Of a stretch of DNA of 64,000 nucleotides, positions 27,813 to 38,613 are shown one piece after another. The notes beneath the pieces were generated by a model that saw only the letters and a program-made list of their open reading frames with translations, had not been told where the DNA came from and made no database searches. Source of the DNA: an uncultured Nitrososphaerota archaeon. GTDB lineage: Archaea > Thermoproteota > Nitrososphaeria > Nitrososphaerales > Gagatemarchaeaceae. Within the stretch, counting starts at the first letter, position 1, and each line of letters opens with the position of its first letter. The DNA is taken from positions 544,001 through 608,000 of the forward strand of contig CAVRAG010000007.1 in the NCBI GenBank assembly GCA_963718895.1, written 5' to 3'. The position numbers were made by a program, and so were the translations under genes.

Positions 27813-29029
27813 GTGAGCAGGACGTCACGCTGAAGGACGTCGAGGAGGCCGCGAAGGTCCTCGAAGGCGTGACGAGGAGGACCCCTCTGGACACATCGCG
27901 GACGCTGAGCGAACTGTCTGGGATGGACCTCTACCTGAAGATGGAGAACCTGCAGAGGACCGGGTCTTTCAAGCTCAGGGGGGCGTACAACAAGATCTAC
28001 TCGCTCTCGGACTCTGAGCGGAGGAAGGGCGTCGTCGCCTCATCGGCGGGAAACCACGCCCAGGGGGTGGCCCACGCCGCGACGCTCCTCGACACGAGGT
28101 CCACGATCGTCATGCCCGAGAGCGCGTCACCGGCGAAGATCGACGCGACCAAGGGATACGGGGCGAAGGTGGTTCTGTACGGGTCCTCCTTCGACGAGAC
28201 TCTCGAGATGGCCAGGCGGATATCCTCGAAGGAGGGGAGCACCTTCGTACACCCCTTCGACGACCCGAAGGTGATAGCGGGACAGGGTACCGTCGGACTG
28301 GAGATGCTGGACACCCAGCCGGATCTGGGCACGCTGATCGTCCCGGTCGGGGGCGGGGGCCTGGTGGCAGGCGTCTCGGTCGCCGCCAAGGCGGTCAACC
28401 CGAAGGTGAGGGTCGTCGGTGTCCAGTCTCAGGCGTTCCCAGGGATGTACATGGCGTTCAAGACGGCCCGCCTGGTCCCTTTCAGGGGACAGGAGACCAT
28501 CGCGGACGGGATAGCCGTGAAGCACCCGGGGAAGCTGGACTACAAGCTCATAAGACGGCTGGTCGACGATGTCGTCCTCGTCAGCGACAGCGAGATTGCA
28601 GAAGCCGAGTTTCTGATGCTCGAGAGGATGAAGACCGTCGCGGAGCCGGCGGGGGCGGTCGGGGTCGCGGCTTGTCTCGCGGGTCTGGTGAAGGCCAAGG
28701 GAGAGAGGTGCGGGGTGGTGGTCAGCGGTGGTAACATCGACATGTACATCCTCGACCAGATAGTCGCGAAGGGGCTCGAGAGGGCCCACAGGCTCCTCAA
28801 GGTCAGGATCACACTGTCTGACAAGCCTGGTGCGCTGAGCGACCTGCTGGCGGTCGTCGCCCAGGCGAGGGCGAACGTCGTCAGCGTCGTGCACGAGAGG
28901 GTGGGGCGCGACGTCCCCATAGGCAGGGCCGAGGTCACGCTTAACCTCGAGACCCAGAACATCGAGCACACCCGGTCCCTGGTCTCGGCGCTGGCGAAGG
29001 CGCGCCTGAAGTACAAGCTCATCAACTGA
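27797..29029 (+). CDS. ilvA: threonine ammonia-lyase with one C-terminal ACT domain
   Basis: KMENLQRTGSFKLRGA, SAGNHAQG, VGGGGL and DKPGAL; likely TTG start at 27809. Confidence 0.93.
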   Translation: MEIRLSEQDVTLKDVEEAAKVLEGVTRRTPLDTSRTLSELSGMDLYLKMENLQRTGSFKLRGAYNKIYSLSDSERRKGVVASSAGNHAQGVAHAATLLDTRSTIVMPESASPAKIDATKGYGAKVVLYGSSFDETLEMARRISSKEGSTFVHPFDDPKVIAGQGTVGLEMLDTQPDLGTLIVPVGGGGLVAGVSVAAKAVNPKVRVVGVQSQAFPGMYMAFKTARLVPFRGQETIADGIAVKHPGKLDYKLIRRLVDDVVLVSDSEIAEAEFLMLERMKTVAEPAGAVGVAACLAGLVKAKGERCGVVVSGGNIDMYILDQIVAKGLERAHRLLKVRITLSDKPGALSDLLAVVAQARANVVSVVHERVGRDVPIGRAEVTLNLETQNIEHTRSLVSALAKARLKYKLIN

Positions 29030-29030
29030 T

Positions 29031-30374
29031 TCAAGCTAGAGAGGTCGGCTCGGGGTCCTTCGAGTGGCGTTTAGTGTACCCGAAGCTCTTGAGAGACGCC
29101 TCCAGCACGAAGAAGGAGACCAACATCACAGCAGCCGCGGTCGTGAACGTGGTCGAGTATCCCTGATAGTACGAGATGTAGCCCGTGAAGAGGGAGCCCA
29201 CGACAGTGCCGAGGGCGCCTAGAGCGGCGTAGCCGCCCAGCACGTTGCCCTGCCTCGCCTGGCCGAGGTTCGACATGAGGGTGACCGACGTGGCCGAGTT
29301 CCAGAACGCGTATACAATCCCGATCATCCCGTAGAATATGGCGGCCACCAAGAAGAGCGGGGTCCCCCGGAACACGAGCGCCGAAGCCGCGAACACCATG
29401 TAGAGCGCGGCGCGGACGAGCACGGCGTAGGAGCCGAGCCTTACACCGCCGAACCTGTTGATGATGTCGCCTACCCACCTGTATATCCCGGTCTGGATCA
29501 CGATGTTGATCAGCGAGACTGCGAAGATCTCGTTGTCCACGACCCCAGATTCCGAAAGGAAGGGCGTGAACGAGGTGTTCAGCAGAGCGCTAGAGGTGGT
29601 GAAGAGGAACATCGAGAGGAAGAGAAGGGCCCGGCCGGTCATGGCTCCGGCTCGCGTGGCACGGATAGCCCGAAGGATGCCCTTTGTCGAGGGCGGGGAG
29701 AGGACGAGGTGCCCCAGGACGAAGGTCATGCTCTGGTAGACTCTGGAGAAATATCCTGACGGGTGGAAGGAGAGCTGGGTCGTCTCGAGGGGGATCGCCG
29801 GCTCTGGGATGCGGTAGTATGACAGCAGGATCCCGACCGCCGTCGCGCCGGCGCAGAAGAGCAGGAACGCCTCGAGCGGGAGCGCGCTCGTCCAGACGAA
29901 GCCTACTGCGAGGCCGATTATCGATCCGGCGCTCGCCACCAGGTTCACCCTCGAGAATGACGAGATCCATTTCTTCTTCTCCGAAGTCTCCATCACGAGG
30001 AGGTTCGTCGAAGCAGAGTTCGCGCTTATCACGAACCCCAGCGCAGCGTAGAGTACGGTCAGGGCCCTCAGGTCCGGGACCAGGAACATCAGGATGAAGA
30101 TGGCCGTGCACCCCGAGCAGGTCACTACGAAGAAGAATCGTCTCCTGGCCAGACGGTCGGTCATCCGTCCCCAGAAGATTGAGGATGGAATCAGCACGAA
30201 GTTGTAAAGTGTGGTCATCAGCGCGACATCGACGACGGTTCCGCCGAGGCTCAGGATGTAGAGGGGGACCATGGTGCTGAAGCCCTGGACGCCCGCGTTC
30301 AGCGGCAGGAGCGTCAGGGTCCAACCGCCTCTGCTCGGTCTATTCTCGGGGATCACGGGTTCGGGGCTGCTCAT
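29031..30374 (-). CDS. MFS transporter
   Basis: WGRMTDRLARRR motif A; 12 transmembrane helices. Confidence 0.88.
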   Translation of the reverse strand: MSSPEPVIPENRPSRGGWTLTLLPLNAGVQGFSTMVPLYILSLGGTVVDVALMTTLYNFVLIPSSIFWGRMTDRLARRRFFFVVTCSGCTAIFILMFLVPDLRALTVLYAALGFVISANSASTNLLVMETSEKKKWISSFSRVNLVASAGSIIGLAVGFVWTSALPLEAFLLFCAGATAVGILLSYYRIPEPAIPLETTQLSFHPSGYFSRVYQSMTFVLGHLVLSPPSTKGILRAIRATRAGAMTGRALLFLSMFLFTTSSALLNTSFTPFLSESGVVDNEIFAVSLINIVIQTGIYRWVGDIINRFGGVRLGSYAVLVRAALYMVFAASALVFRGTPLFLVAAIFYGMIGIVYAFWNSATSVTLMSNLGQARQGNVLGGYAALGALGTVVGSLFTGYISYYQGYSTTFTTAAAVMLVSFFVLEASLKSFGYTKRHSKDPEPTSLA

Positions 30375-30451
30375 CTGGGTGGGGCTCGGGGGGTGATTGT
30401 GGGCACGGCCGGGACGTCTATCTCCTTTTCTGTGTTCGATGAGGCCGCCGT

Positions 30452-31540
30452 CTATCCCAAAGAGCCGAACTCGTGAATCACGCCTTTCAGTACCTTGATG
30501 GAGCTGAGGTAGTCGGACGCTTCGACGTACTCCCCTTCCGTGTGCTCGAGCTTCGAGTCTCCCGGACCGTACGTGACGCAGGGAATCCCCATGAGCTGAG
30601 CTAGGGTGTTCATGTCCCCGGTGCCAGTCTTGTGGGTCAGCACGGGCCTGGCAGCAAGGTTCTTGATTATCGAACGCTGGAACGCCCTGACTATCAGCGA
30701 GTCCTTGGGCGCCTCGTACGCCTCCGTGGCTTCGTCGAAGCGGAGCTGAAATCGTGCGCCGGATCTGGTCAGGGCGTGGTCCTCGAGCAGCCTTGCGAGT
30801 TCCGCCTCGACGGCGGACGAGGTCGATCCGGGAGGTATCCTCACGTCGAGCGTGACGGTGCAGGACTTCGGGATGACGTTTGAGTACGAGCCTCCGCGGA
30901 TCATCGTTACCGAGACGTTCACAGAGCGGTAGTGGTCGTCCCCTGCTGCGCGCGCTTTCTCGTAGTCTCTCATCTTGAGGACAGCCCCCATCGCCTCGTC
31001 AACTGCGCTGACGTGGGCCCAGGAGGAGGACGCATGCCCTCCGCTGGTCCTGGCGGTCAGCACACCCTCCACCCTGCCACGGTAACCGACCGCGACGCGA
31101 TGCGCCCCTCCGGGCTCTCCGAAGACCGCAGCCTCATAGTCACCGCCGTCTTCTATGATCGTCTTGACGCCGAGGCTGTCCCCCTCCTCCCTGGTCACGC
31201 AGGCCATAGTCACGCGGATCGAGGGGTCCGCCGAGGCCGCGGCCGCAGTTATCATCGCACACATGGGGGCCTTGGCGTCCGCGGCGCCTCGGCCGTAGAT
31301 CCTGTCCCCATCCCTCCGGACCCTTATCACACCGGGGACGGTGTCCATGTGGCCACAGAGGAGCAGGTGCCTCTTCCCCGTCCCTCTCTCGCCTATGGCG
31401 TTCCCGGCCCTGTCGGTGCGGACGTTCTTGAATCCCAGGTCCCGCATCCTGGACTGAATCAGCCGCGACAGCCGGGACTCCTTGTTGGAGGGGGAGTAGA
31501 CCCGGAGCGCGTCTAGGAGGAGCCGGACCTCATCTTCCAC
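30452..31540 (-). CDS. lysK: [LysW]-lysine/ornithine hydrolase
   Basis: [25 protein letters not shown] and [10 protein letters not shown]. Confidence 0.92.
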   Translation of the reverse strand: MEDEVRLLLDALRVYSPSNKESRLSRLIQSRMRDLGFKNVRTDRAGNAIGERGTGKRHLLLCGHMDTVPGVIRVRRDGDRIYGRGAADAKAPMCAMITAAAASADPSIRVTMACVTREEGDSLGVKTIIEDGGDYEAAVFGEPGGAHRVAVGYRGRVEGVLTARTSGGHASSSWAHVSAVDEAMGAVLKMRDYEKARAAGDDHYRSVNVSVTMIRGGSYSNVIPKSCTVTLDVRIPPGSTSSAVEAELARLLEDHALTRSGARFQLRFDEATEAYEAPKDSLIVRAFQRSIIKNLAARPVLTHKTGTGDMNTLAQLMGIPCVTYGPGDSKLEHTEGEYVEASDYLSSIKVLKGVIHEFGSLG

Positions 31541-31544
31541 TGGC

Positions 31545-32394
31545 TCATCTCTTCTCCAGCGAGGCGAGGTACTCGACGATGAGCCCCGGGATGTCCACCC
31601 CGGTCGCGGGGACGGTGTTCTTGAACTCGGTCGTGTTGTTGACCTCGTGGACCACGAGGCCGTCGGGGGACTCCATGAGATCGACGCCGACTATCTCTCC
31701 ATCCACCGCCCTGCGCGGACCTGAGCGAGAGCTCGTTGAGCTCCGGAGTTATCGGGCAGGCCTCGGCCTTGCCACCTCTCGCTGTGTTCGTCCTCCAGTC
31801 GGATGCCGATGACCGGTAGATTGCGGCCACGGTCTGGTCTCCCACGACGAAGGACCTGATGTCCCTCGGGGGGCGCTTGACGAACTCCTGGAGATAGTAC
31901 ACCTGGTACATCGGGTACATGTACTCCCTGTCCTCCAAGATGGCCGTGGCAAAGTCGCTGTCTTTCAGGAGAGCGGAGAGCCGACCCCAGCTCCCGACCA
32001 CCGGCTTGATGACCGCCGGGTAGCCCAGCGCTTCGAGGGACCTGAGTGCCGCCTCCTCGGTGAACGCGACGAACGTCCTGGGCGTCGGGATGCCTGCGCG
32101 GGCGAGCGCGAGGCTGCCGAAGAGTTTGTCGCTGGAGATGTTGGCTGACTGGAAGCTGTTCACGACGCGGTGTCCCAAGGACTCTAGGGTCGCCGTGGCG
32201 TGGATGTTCCTGTAGTGGCTGACGCACCTCTCGAGGACCAGGTGGTCGGCGATTCCGCTTTTCCTCCCGGTCGCCTCGAGCGCGAGCTCCCTGGCGTCAA
32301 TCAGGTTGACTTGGACGCCCTTCTTCTTGGCCGCGTCCACGATGGCCTTCTCCTCCCAGCGTATCAGGTCGTAGAGGAGGGTGAACGAAGCCAT
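31545..32394 (-). CDS. lysX: LysX ATP-grasp ligase, frameshift near 31712
   Basis: [10 protein letters not shown] and WRTNTARGG; after removing one base, [26 protein letters not shown]. Confidence 0.9.
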
Positions 32395-32396
32395 CG

Positions 32397-32567
32397 CTAC
32401 TCTCCCCAGTCCTCTTCCTCGAGCTCGGCAGGACGGACGGAGAGCTGCCCGGACTCCTTGTCCTTGACCACTTCGTAGGAGGCTCCGCAGTCCTTGCAGG
32501 AGACGACCTCTCCCTGGATTGCGTCCGGCGGAATCGGCAGCGCGGCGTCACACTCTGGACAGTTCAT
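32397..32567 (-). CDS. lysW: amino-group carrier protein LysW, copy 2 (56 aa, missed by the ORF track)
   Basis: MNCPECDAALPIPPDAIQGEVVSCKDCGASYEV..AELEEEDWGE*. Confidence 0.95.
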   Translation of the reverse strand: MNCPECDAALPIPPDAIQGEVVSCKDCGASYEVVKDKESGQLSVRPAELEEEDWGE

Positions 32568-32630
32568 GGGTTCACCTTCAAACTTCGGCCTGTCGACGTT
32601 CCACGTTATTTAATGGTATTCGTCCGAAAA

Positions 32631-33044
32631 TCAGCGCAGCGTTCGCAGGATTATCGTCGTGTTTGTGTTGAGGACGCCGCTTATCCTGCGAATCTCCTCC
32701 ACCGACTTGTTCACCTCTGCGATATCGGAACCGCTGATGATCGCCGCGATGTCGAAGGCACCGGTCGTCTCGTAGATCGTCTCGACGCCCTTGACCGTCC
32801 CGATCCTCCTGCTGACCTCGGAGGTCGGGTTGGCGGGGCTGACCGAGACGTAGGTTATGGCGCTCGTCAGCTGGGGCTCGCTGACCTCGATTGTGAACCT
32901 CTTGATCGTCCCCCCCTTCACGAGGTTGGAGACCCTTCGTCTGACGGCGGCTTCCGAGAGCCCGACCTTGCCGGCTATCTCGACGAACGAGACCCGCGAG
33001 TCCCTCCGCAGGTGCTCCAGTATCCTCTCGTCGATCTTATCCAG
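32631..33044 (-). CDS. lysM: Lrp/AsnC regulator LysM
   Basis: LDKIDERILEHLRRDSRVSFVEIAGKVGLSEAAVRRRV helix-turn-helix lies upstream of the ORF-track start; the frame opens at CTG 33044. Confidence 0.88.
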   Translation of the reverse strand: MDKIDERILEHLRRDSRVSFVEIAGKVGLSEAAVRRRVSNLVKGGTIKRFTIEVSEPQLTSAITYVSVSPANPTSEVSRRIGTVKGVETIYETTGAFDIAAIISGSDIAEVNKSVEEIRRISGVLNTNTTIILRTLR

Positions 33045-34228
33045 GCGCCTTCATCTCCTCGGAGGAGAGGACGCTGTCGAGGACCTCCACAGACCGCCGG
33101 ATCTGGTGCTCTGAGATGACGAGCGGCGGCAGCAGCCTCACGACCGTCCGTCCGGAGTAGGTGAACAGGACGCGTTCCTTGAGCGCGTTCAGGAGGATGT
33201 TCTGGATGTCGACCCTCATCTCGAGGGCGAGCATCAGCCCCAGGCCCCTCGCCTCCCTCGCCATCTTGTGCTTTGCGACCAGCGCGTTCAGCTGTTCGAG
33301 GAAGAGCGTCCCCCGGGAGACCGCCTGTCCAGGCAGGTCGTTCTTGATGATGTAGTCCAGTGTGGCCGTGCCCGCGGCGCAGGAGAGGGGGTTCCCTCCA
33401 AAGGTCGAGGTCTGCTCACCCTTCTTCAGAGAGTGAAGGACTTCCTTCCTCGCAATGGTCGCTCCGATCGGCACCCCACCCGCGAGCCCCTTTGCTGAGA
33501 CTAGGACGTCGGGCACGACTCCCCAGTTCTCGACGGCCCAGAGCTTTCCGGTGCGTCCCAGCCCCGTCTGGACCTCGTCGGCGATCATGAGGATACCTCG
33601 TCTGTCGCAGAGCTCCCTGACACTCTTCAGGTAGTCCGGGGGCGGGAGTATGATTCCGCCTTCCCCCTGGATTGGCTCCAGCATCACCCCCGCCGTGTCG
33701 GAGTCAATCGCAGCCCTCTAGCTCGGCGAGGTTCCCGAACTCGACGTGCTTGAAGGAGGGGAGGAGCGGCTCGAAGGGGTCCTTGTACTTCTTGCTCCAA
33801 GTGGCCGAGAGCGCGCCCGCTGTCTTCCCGTGGAAGGCCCCCTTCATCGCTATCAGTCCCTTCTTTCCTGTGAACTTCTTGGCGAGCTTGATCGCGACCT
33901 CGTTGGCCTCGGCTCCGCTGTTGGAGAGGAATGCGGCGTCGAGACCCTTCGGGGTGCACGAGGTGAGCTTCTCGAGGAAGGTCGCGCGGACGTCGTTGTA
34001 GAGAGAGCTGTGGCAGGTTATCAGCCTCTCCGCCTGGCTCTTGACCGCCGCCACTACCTCAGGGTTGCAATGGCCGACGATCGCGACGCCGTACCCTCCC
34101 ATGCAGTCGATGTACAGGTTGCCGTGGTCGTCCCAGACCTCCGCCCCCGAGCCCCGCACTATCACGACCGGGAACTTCTGGTAGGTCTGAGGCCCGTGGA
34201 GTTCCTCCGCTTCCATTGTGTTCATCAT
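33037..34228 (-). CDS. lysJ: [LysW]-aminoadipate/glutamate semialdehyde transaminase, frameshift near 33715
   Basis: YIDCMGGYG, NSGAEANE, FHGKT, EPIQGEGG, DEVQTG and STFGGNP. Confidence 0.92.
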
Positions 34229-35041
34229 GAGCGGATCACAGTGCAACCTTCGTGAGCCATCGCGGCGGAGAGCGGTGACGGCCCGAAACCCGAGGCGATT
34301 ATCACCTCCCTGACCCCGCCCTCCATCGCCTCGATCCCCGCGAGGACCTTCTTCTGCATCCCGAACCCTATCTTTGGCAGGGAGGACCTCGCCTGCTCGA
34401 CGGTCAGGCTCTCCACCACCTTCCCGTCCAGCTTTAGACCCTTCACGTCGGTGAGGAAGAGGACGGCGTCCGCCCGCGCCCCGACGGCGAGGTACGCCGC
34501 CGCCCTGTCGGAGTCGACGTTGAGGGGCTCTGCCTCGTCGCCCATGGCGACGGGGGAGACCACGGGGATGAATCCCCCGATCCAGGAGCGCGTCGATGAC
34601 TGTCCCGTCGGCTGACTGCATCTTCCCCGTGTAGCCGCCGTCTATCACGACCTTCCTGCTGCGCTCGTCGACTATCAGGAGCTTCTTCTTCCGGGAGGCC
34701 CTGAGGACGCCTCCGTCCAGCCCGGAGAGCGAGACGGCCCTGATCCCGCTTCTGGCGAGCGTCTCCAGGAGCTTCTTGGCTATCATCCCGCACATGACCA
34801 TCGTGTAGATGTCCATCGTCTCCCTGTCGGTGTATCGGCTCTTGATCCCGTCCGGGGAGACCACGAACCGCTGTTCTTTGCCGAGTTTCGTGGCGATCTG
34901 CGTCACGGTGTCGCCCCCTCCGTGCACGAGGATGAGCTGGTTTGAGGAGCTCGTCTCCTTGATGTCGGCCAAGAGCGCGGCGGGGAACTCAGCCCCAACT
35001 ATGTCGCCGCCCAGCTTGATGACGATCCTCAATTCGCTCAC
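34225..35041 (-). CDS. lysZ: [LysW]-aminoadipate/glutamate kinase, frameshift near 34577
   Basis: IVIKLGG, LVHGGG, SRYTD, LNVDSDRAA and GFGMQKK. Confidence 0.92.
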
Positions 35042-36099
35042 ACCGGATGCAGCGGGGCGTCGTAGATTCCCTGCTTCTCGTCCAGGCCCAGCATGATGTT
35101 CATTACCTGGACCGCGTTGCCGGCCGCCCCCTTCAGGAGGTTGTCGATCGCGCCGATGGCCACTATCCTGTGGCCCCGCTCGTCGAGCTCGAATCCGACG
35201 TCGCAGAAGTTGGAGCCTATCACGACCTTCGGGTCCGGGAGCCTGAACGGGCCCTTCCTGTCCTTGACCATCCGGACGAACGGCTTGTCGCCGTACTGCG
35301 CCCTGTAGAGCTTCCAGAGTGTCGAGTTCTGTAGATCTCCTTCGTAGAAGACGTGGCACGTCGAGAGTATCCCCCTCACCATGTTCACCGCGTGGGCCGA
35401 CATCGATACGGTCACCCTGCTCTCGCCCAGCCAGGAGAGCTGCTGCTCTATCTCGCCCGTGTGCCTGTGTCCCGCTGGCTTGTACGGTCGGATGACGCCG
35501 TACCTCTCCGAAAAGTGGGTCGATAGAGAGGGCTTGCCGCCCGCGCCAGAGGAAGCGATCTTGGCGTCTACGACTACGTGGTCCCCGTCCACTCGGAAGT
35601 CCCTCTGCTTGAAGAGTGGGGCCATCGCCAGGATCGAGGTTATCGCCATGCACCCGGGCGAGGCAGCGAGGCTCGTCTTCGAGATCTCGTCCCTGTTGAG
35701 TTCGGGGATCGCGTAGACGAACTTGGCGAGCAGCTCGGGGTTGGGGTGCTTGAATCCGTACCACACCTCGTAGTCGGCCGCGTTCTTGAGTCTGAAGTCG
35801 GCACTGAGGTCGACAATCTTCAGGCCCGATGCAGCTAGCTGCGAGATCAGGGAGAGAGACTGGCCGTGGGGCAACGCCGTCAGCACCACGTCGGCCATTC
35901 CCGTGATCTTCGAGACGTCGTTGTCGATGAACTGCATCTCAGTCATCCCCCTCAGGTTCGGGTGGACCCTGAACAGGTACTCGCCTGCGTTCTTCCTGGA
36001 GGTCGCGAAGGCGAGGTCGACCTTCCCGTGCTTCAGGAGTAGTCTGACGAGCTCGCCCCCGGCGTATCCGGAGGCGCCCACAACTCCAACGCGCACCAT
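35038..36099 (-). CDS. lysY: [LysW]-aminoadipyl/glutamyl-phosphate reductase
   Basis: GASGYAGGEL, DLSADFRL, PGC, SSGAG and DNLLKGAAG. Confidence 0.95.
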   Translation of the reverse strand: MVRVGVVGASGYAGGELVRLLLKHGKVDLAFATSRKNAGEYLFRVHPNLRGMTEMQFIDNDVSKITGMADVVLTALPHGQSLSLISQLAASGLKIVDLSADFRLKNAADYEVWYGFKHPNPELLAKFVYAIPELNRDEISKTSLAASPGCMAITSILAMAPLFKQRDFRVDGDHVVVDAKIASSGAGGKPSLSTHFSERYGVIRPYKPAGHRHTGEIEQQLSWLGESRVTVSMSAHAVNMVRGILSTCHVFYEGDLQNSTLWKLYRAQYGDKPFVRMVKDRKGPFRLPDPKVVIGSNFCDVGFELDERGHRIVAIGAIDNLLKGAAGNAVQVMNIMLGLDEKQGIYDAPLHPV

Positions 36100-36954
36100 C
36101 TATCGCTTCGCGCTCCGGATCACAAAGTCTATCATCTTCTTGGCGATCTTAGTCTTGGAAGCCGCCTGCGCCCCCTTGAACTCGACGGTGTTATTCACCT
36201 CGTGGACCACGTACCCGTTCTTCGACTCCATGACGTCGACGCCGAGTATGCCTCCCCCGACTGCGTGCGCCGCCTTGTGGATGATCTCTGTGAGCTCCTT
36301 GTCGGCCTTGAAGGAGGTGGTGGTCGCGCCCCGAGCTACGTTTGTCCTCCACTCGTTATCCGAGGCGTTCCTGTAGACCGTCGCGATTATCTCTTCCCCG
36401 GCGACTATGGCGCGTATGTCGCGCGGAGGTCGTTCCACGTACTCCTGGAGGTAGTACATGTGCTCTATGGGGTTCGGTATCGACTCCCTCAGCTCGACTA
36501 TGGTGTCGAGGATCTGGGGGTCCCTGGCGATACTGATCATCCTCCCCCAGCTCCCGACGAAAGGCTTCATCACGACCGGATAGCCGACGAGGTTCGCGGT
36601 CTGGTCGACCGACTCGGACGAGAGCGCGACGAAGGTCCTCGGAGTCGGGACCCCTGCCTTGGCCAGCACCATCGAGCTGATCAGTTTGTTCCCGCAGACG
36701 TCCGAGACGTTGGAGTTGTTTATCACGTAGGCGCCGAAGTTCTCCATGATTCTGGTCAGGAAGAGCGACCGGTAGTAGCTTATGCACCGCTGGAGCACGA
36801 CGTCCCCGAACCGGTTCTTTGCGTCCCGGTCGGTCAGCTCGAATGAGAGCAGTCTGCCGTCGACCAGCTCGGTGGTGTGGCCCGACTTCTTGGCTTCATG
36901 CGCCAGCCACTTCTCCTCGCCTCGTATCCTGTCGAAGACTATTGTGATCTTCAA
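36100..36954 (-). CDS. argX: second LysX/ArgX ATP-grasp ligase (probably ArgX by position)
   Basis: KPFVGSWGRM, WRTNVARG and EVNNTVEFKG; follows argG-argH-lysW. Confidence 0.75.
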   Translation of the reverse strand: MKITIVFDRIRGEEKWLAHEAKKSGHTTELVDGRLLSFELTDRDAKNRFGDVVLQRCISYYRSLFLTRIMENFGAYVINNSNVSDVCGNKLISSMVLAKAGVPTPRTFVALSSESVDQTANLVGYPVVMKPFVGSWGRMISIARDPQILDTIVELRESIPNPIEHMYYLQEYVERPPRDIRAIVAGEEIIATVYRNASDNEWRTNVARGATTTSFKADKELTEIIHKAAHAVGGGILGVDVMESKNGYVVHEVNNTVEFKGAQAASKTKIAKKMIDFVIRSAKR

Positions 36955-36955
36955 G

Positions 36956-37129
36956 CTACTCGCCCCAGTCCTCTTCGGCGACCTCGGCAGGCTTTAGCGT
37001 GACCTTGCCGCTCCCGAGCGAGGCGACCTCGTACTCGGCGCTGCACTCCTTGCACTGGACTATCTCGCCGACGATGGCGTCCTCTGGTATGGTTATGTCC
37101 GCGTCGCATTCTTCGCACTTTGCTATCAT
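36956..37129 (-). CDS. lysW: amino-group carrier protein LysW/ArgW, copy 1 (57 aa, missed by the ORF track)
   Basis: MIAKCEECDADITIPEDAIVGEIVQCKECSAEYEV..AEVAEEDWGE*. Confidence 0.95.
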   Translation of the reverse strand: MIAKCEECDADITIPEDAIVGEIVQCKECSAEYEVASLGSGKVTLKPAEVAEEDWGE

Positions 37130-38613
37130 CTTATCACCTCACCTTCGATCTTGCCTACCTGGGCTCTGAGTCGGCCGTCGGCCTCCTTCAGCGAACTCCG
37201 CGCGCGGGATATCCACGAAAGATTCTGCCTGAGGAAGCGGGAGTCCTTGAGGAGGAGACGTGGCACTGAGTGTGGGTTGGCCCCACCCGCTGTGCGCGTC
37301 AATTCAAGGGTTTTGAGTGCATCGAGCACGTTTCGAAGCTGGTCTTTATCAATCTTTAGCGGCCTCCCGGTCACGCGGGAGGAGATAGGGGACATCTCCT
37401 TCAGCGCAGCCTCCGCGAGGGTCGAGCCGCGCTCCAGGGCGGTCCTGACAAGCTCCCCGACGATCGCGTGGGCTTGGCGGAACGGGACGCCGTGCATCCT
37501 GACGAGGTGGTTTGCGAGCTCTGTCGCGGTCGACATGTCCCCGCTGACCGCGCTACGCAGCCTTTCGGGGTCGAATTTCAACGAAGAGAGCATCTCGGCC
37601 GTGAGCCGGGCCGAGGAGATCGTATCGTCTGTGGCCCTCCAGAGGTGGGGCGTGACCTCCTGCAGGTCCAGGTTGTAGGAGTTCGGCAGAGCCTTTGTGA
37701 TGGCGAAGGAGGCAGTCAGTTCACCCAGGACTGACCCGCACTTGGCCCTGACCGTCTCCGCGACTACTGGATTCTTCTTCTGAGGCATGATGCTGCTGGT
37801 CGCGCTGAACTCGTCGGCGACCTCCGCGAAGCCGAACTCCGAGGTGCTCCAGAGGATAACCTCCTCGGCCATCCGGCTCAGGTTCACCATCGCCATGGCT
37901 GCGACGGAGACGCTCTCAAGCGCGAAATCCCGGGAAGAGACCGCGTCCATGGCGTTCTCCGCCAGTCCCCCGAACCCCAGGAGCGAGGAGACGTATGCTC
38001 TGTCAATCCGGATCGACGTGCCCGCTAGGGCCGCGGCGCCCATGGGCGAGAGGTTCACCCGACCGTACGCCTCCTCGACCCGCTCAACGTCGCGCTGGAC
38101 CGCTTCGAAGTACCCTTGGAGGTGATGAGCGACCGTTACGGGCTGGGCGTGCTGGAGGTGAGTGTATCCCGGCATAAGAAGCCTGCCGTATATGCGGATG
38201 AGGTGGATGAGCGACCCCTGGACTCTGCAGAGGGCGGACAGAAGATCGAGGAGGCGATCCCGCGTCTCCATCCTGAGCGCCGTGGCCACCTGGTCGTTCC
38301 TGCTCTTGCCGAGGTTTAGGTAGCCCGCCTTATCCATCCCTATCGTCTTGATAGCTTCCTGTTCTATCATGTGATGTACATCCTCAGTGGTCTTGTCAAG
38401 TTCGAGATGGGATGGGAGTCCGCTGAGGAACCTCAATGACGCCGAGGCGACCACTGGGCTGACTTCCTTCGACCTGTACAGAGCGAGCATATGAGCCATG
38501 TTTATCGACGCGACGTGCTTCGTGAGGGGGGTGTCGAAGCCTATCGAGGAGATGAAGTCATTCGCTCTCTTGCTCGATCGCCTAACTCGACTTCCTCTCA
38601 GTATGTTTGGCAT
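37126..38613 (-). CDS. argH: argininosuccinate lyase
   Basis: GKSRNDQV, PGYTHLQHAQP and SSIMPQKKNP. Confidence 0.96.
   Translation of the reverse strand: MPNILRGSRVRRSSKRANDFISSIGFDTPLTKHVASINMAHMLALYRSKEVSPVVASASLRFLSGLPSHLELDKTTEDVHHMIEQEAIKTIGMDKAGYLNLGKSRNDQVATALRMETRDRLLDLLSALCRVQGSLIHLIRIYGRLLMPGYTHLQHAQPVTVAHHLQGYFEAVQRDVERVEEAYGRVNLSPMGAAALAGTSIRIDRAYVSSLLGFGGLAENAMDAVSSRDFALESVSVAAMAMVNLSRMAEEVILWSTSEFGFAEVADEFSATSSIMPQKKNPVVAETVRAKCGSVLGELTASFAITKALPNSYNLDLQEVTPHLWRATDDTISSARLTAEMLSSLKFDPERLRSAVSGDMSTATELANHLVRMHGVPFRQAHAIVGELVRTALERGSTLAEAALKEMSPISSRVTGRPLKIDKDQLRNVLDALKTLELTRTAGGANPHSVPRLLLKDSRFLRQNLSWISRARSSLKEADGRLRAQVGKIEGEVIR

Noticed and set aside
33704-35764. 686-aa ORF appearing to fuse LysZ and LysJ
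   Set aside because: An artefact of frameshifts chaining an off-frame lysY segment, the lysZ N-terminus and the lysJ N-terminus
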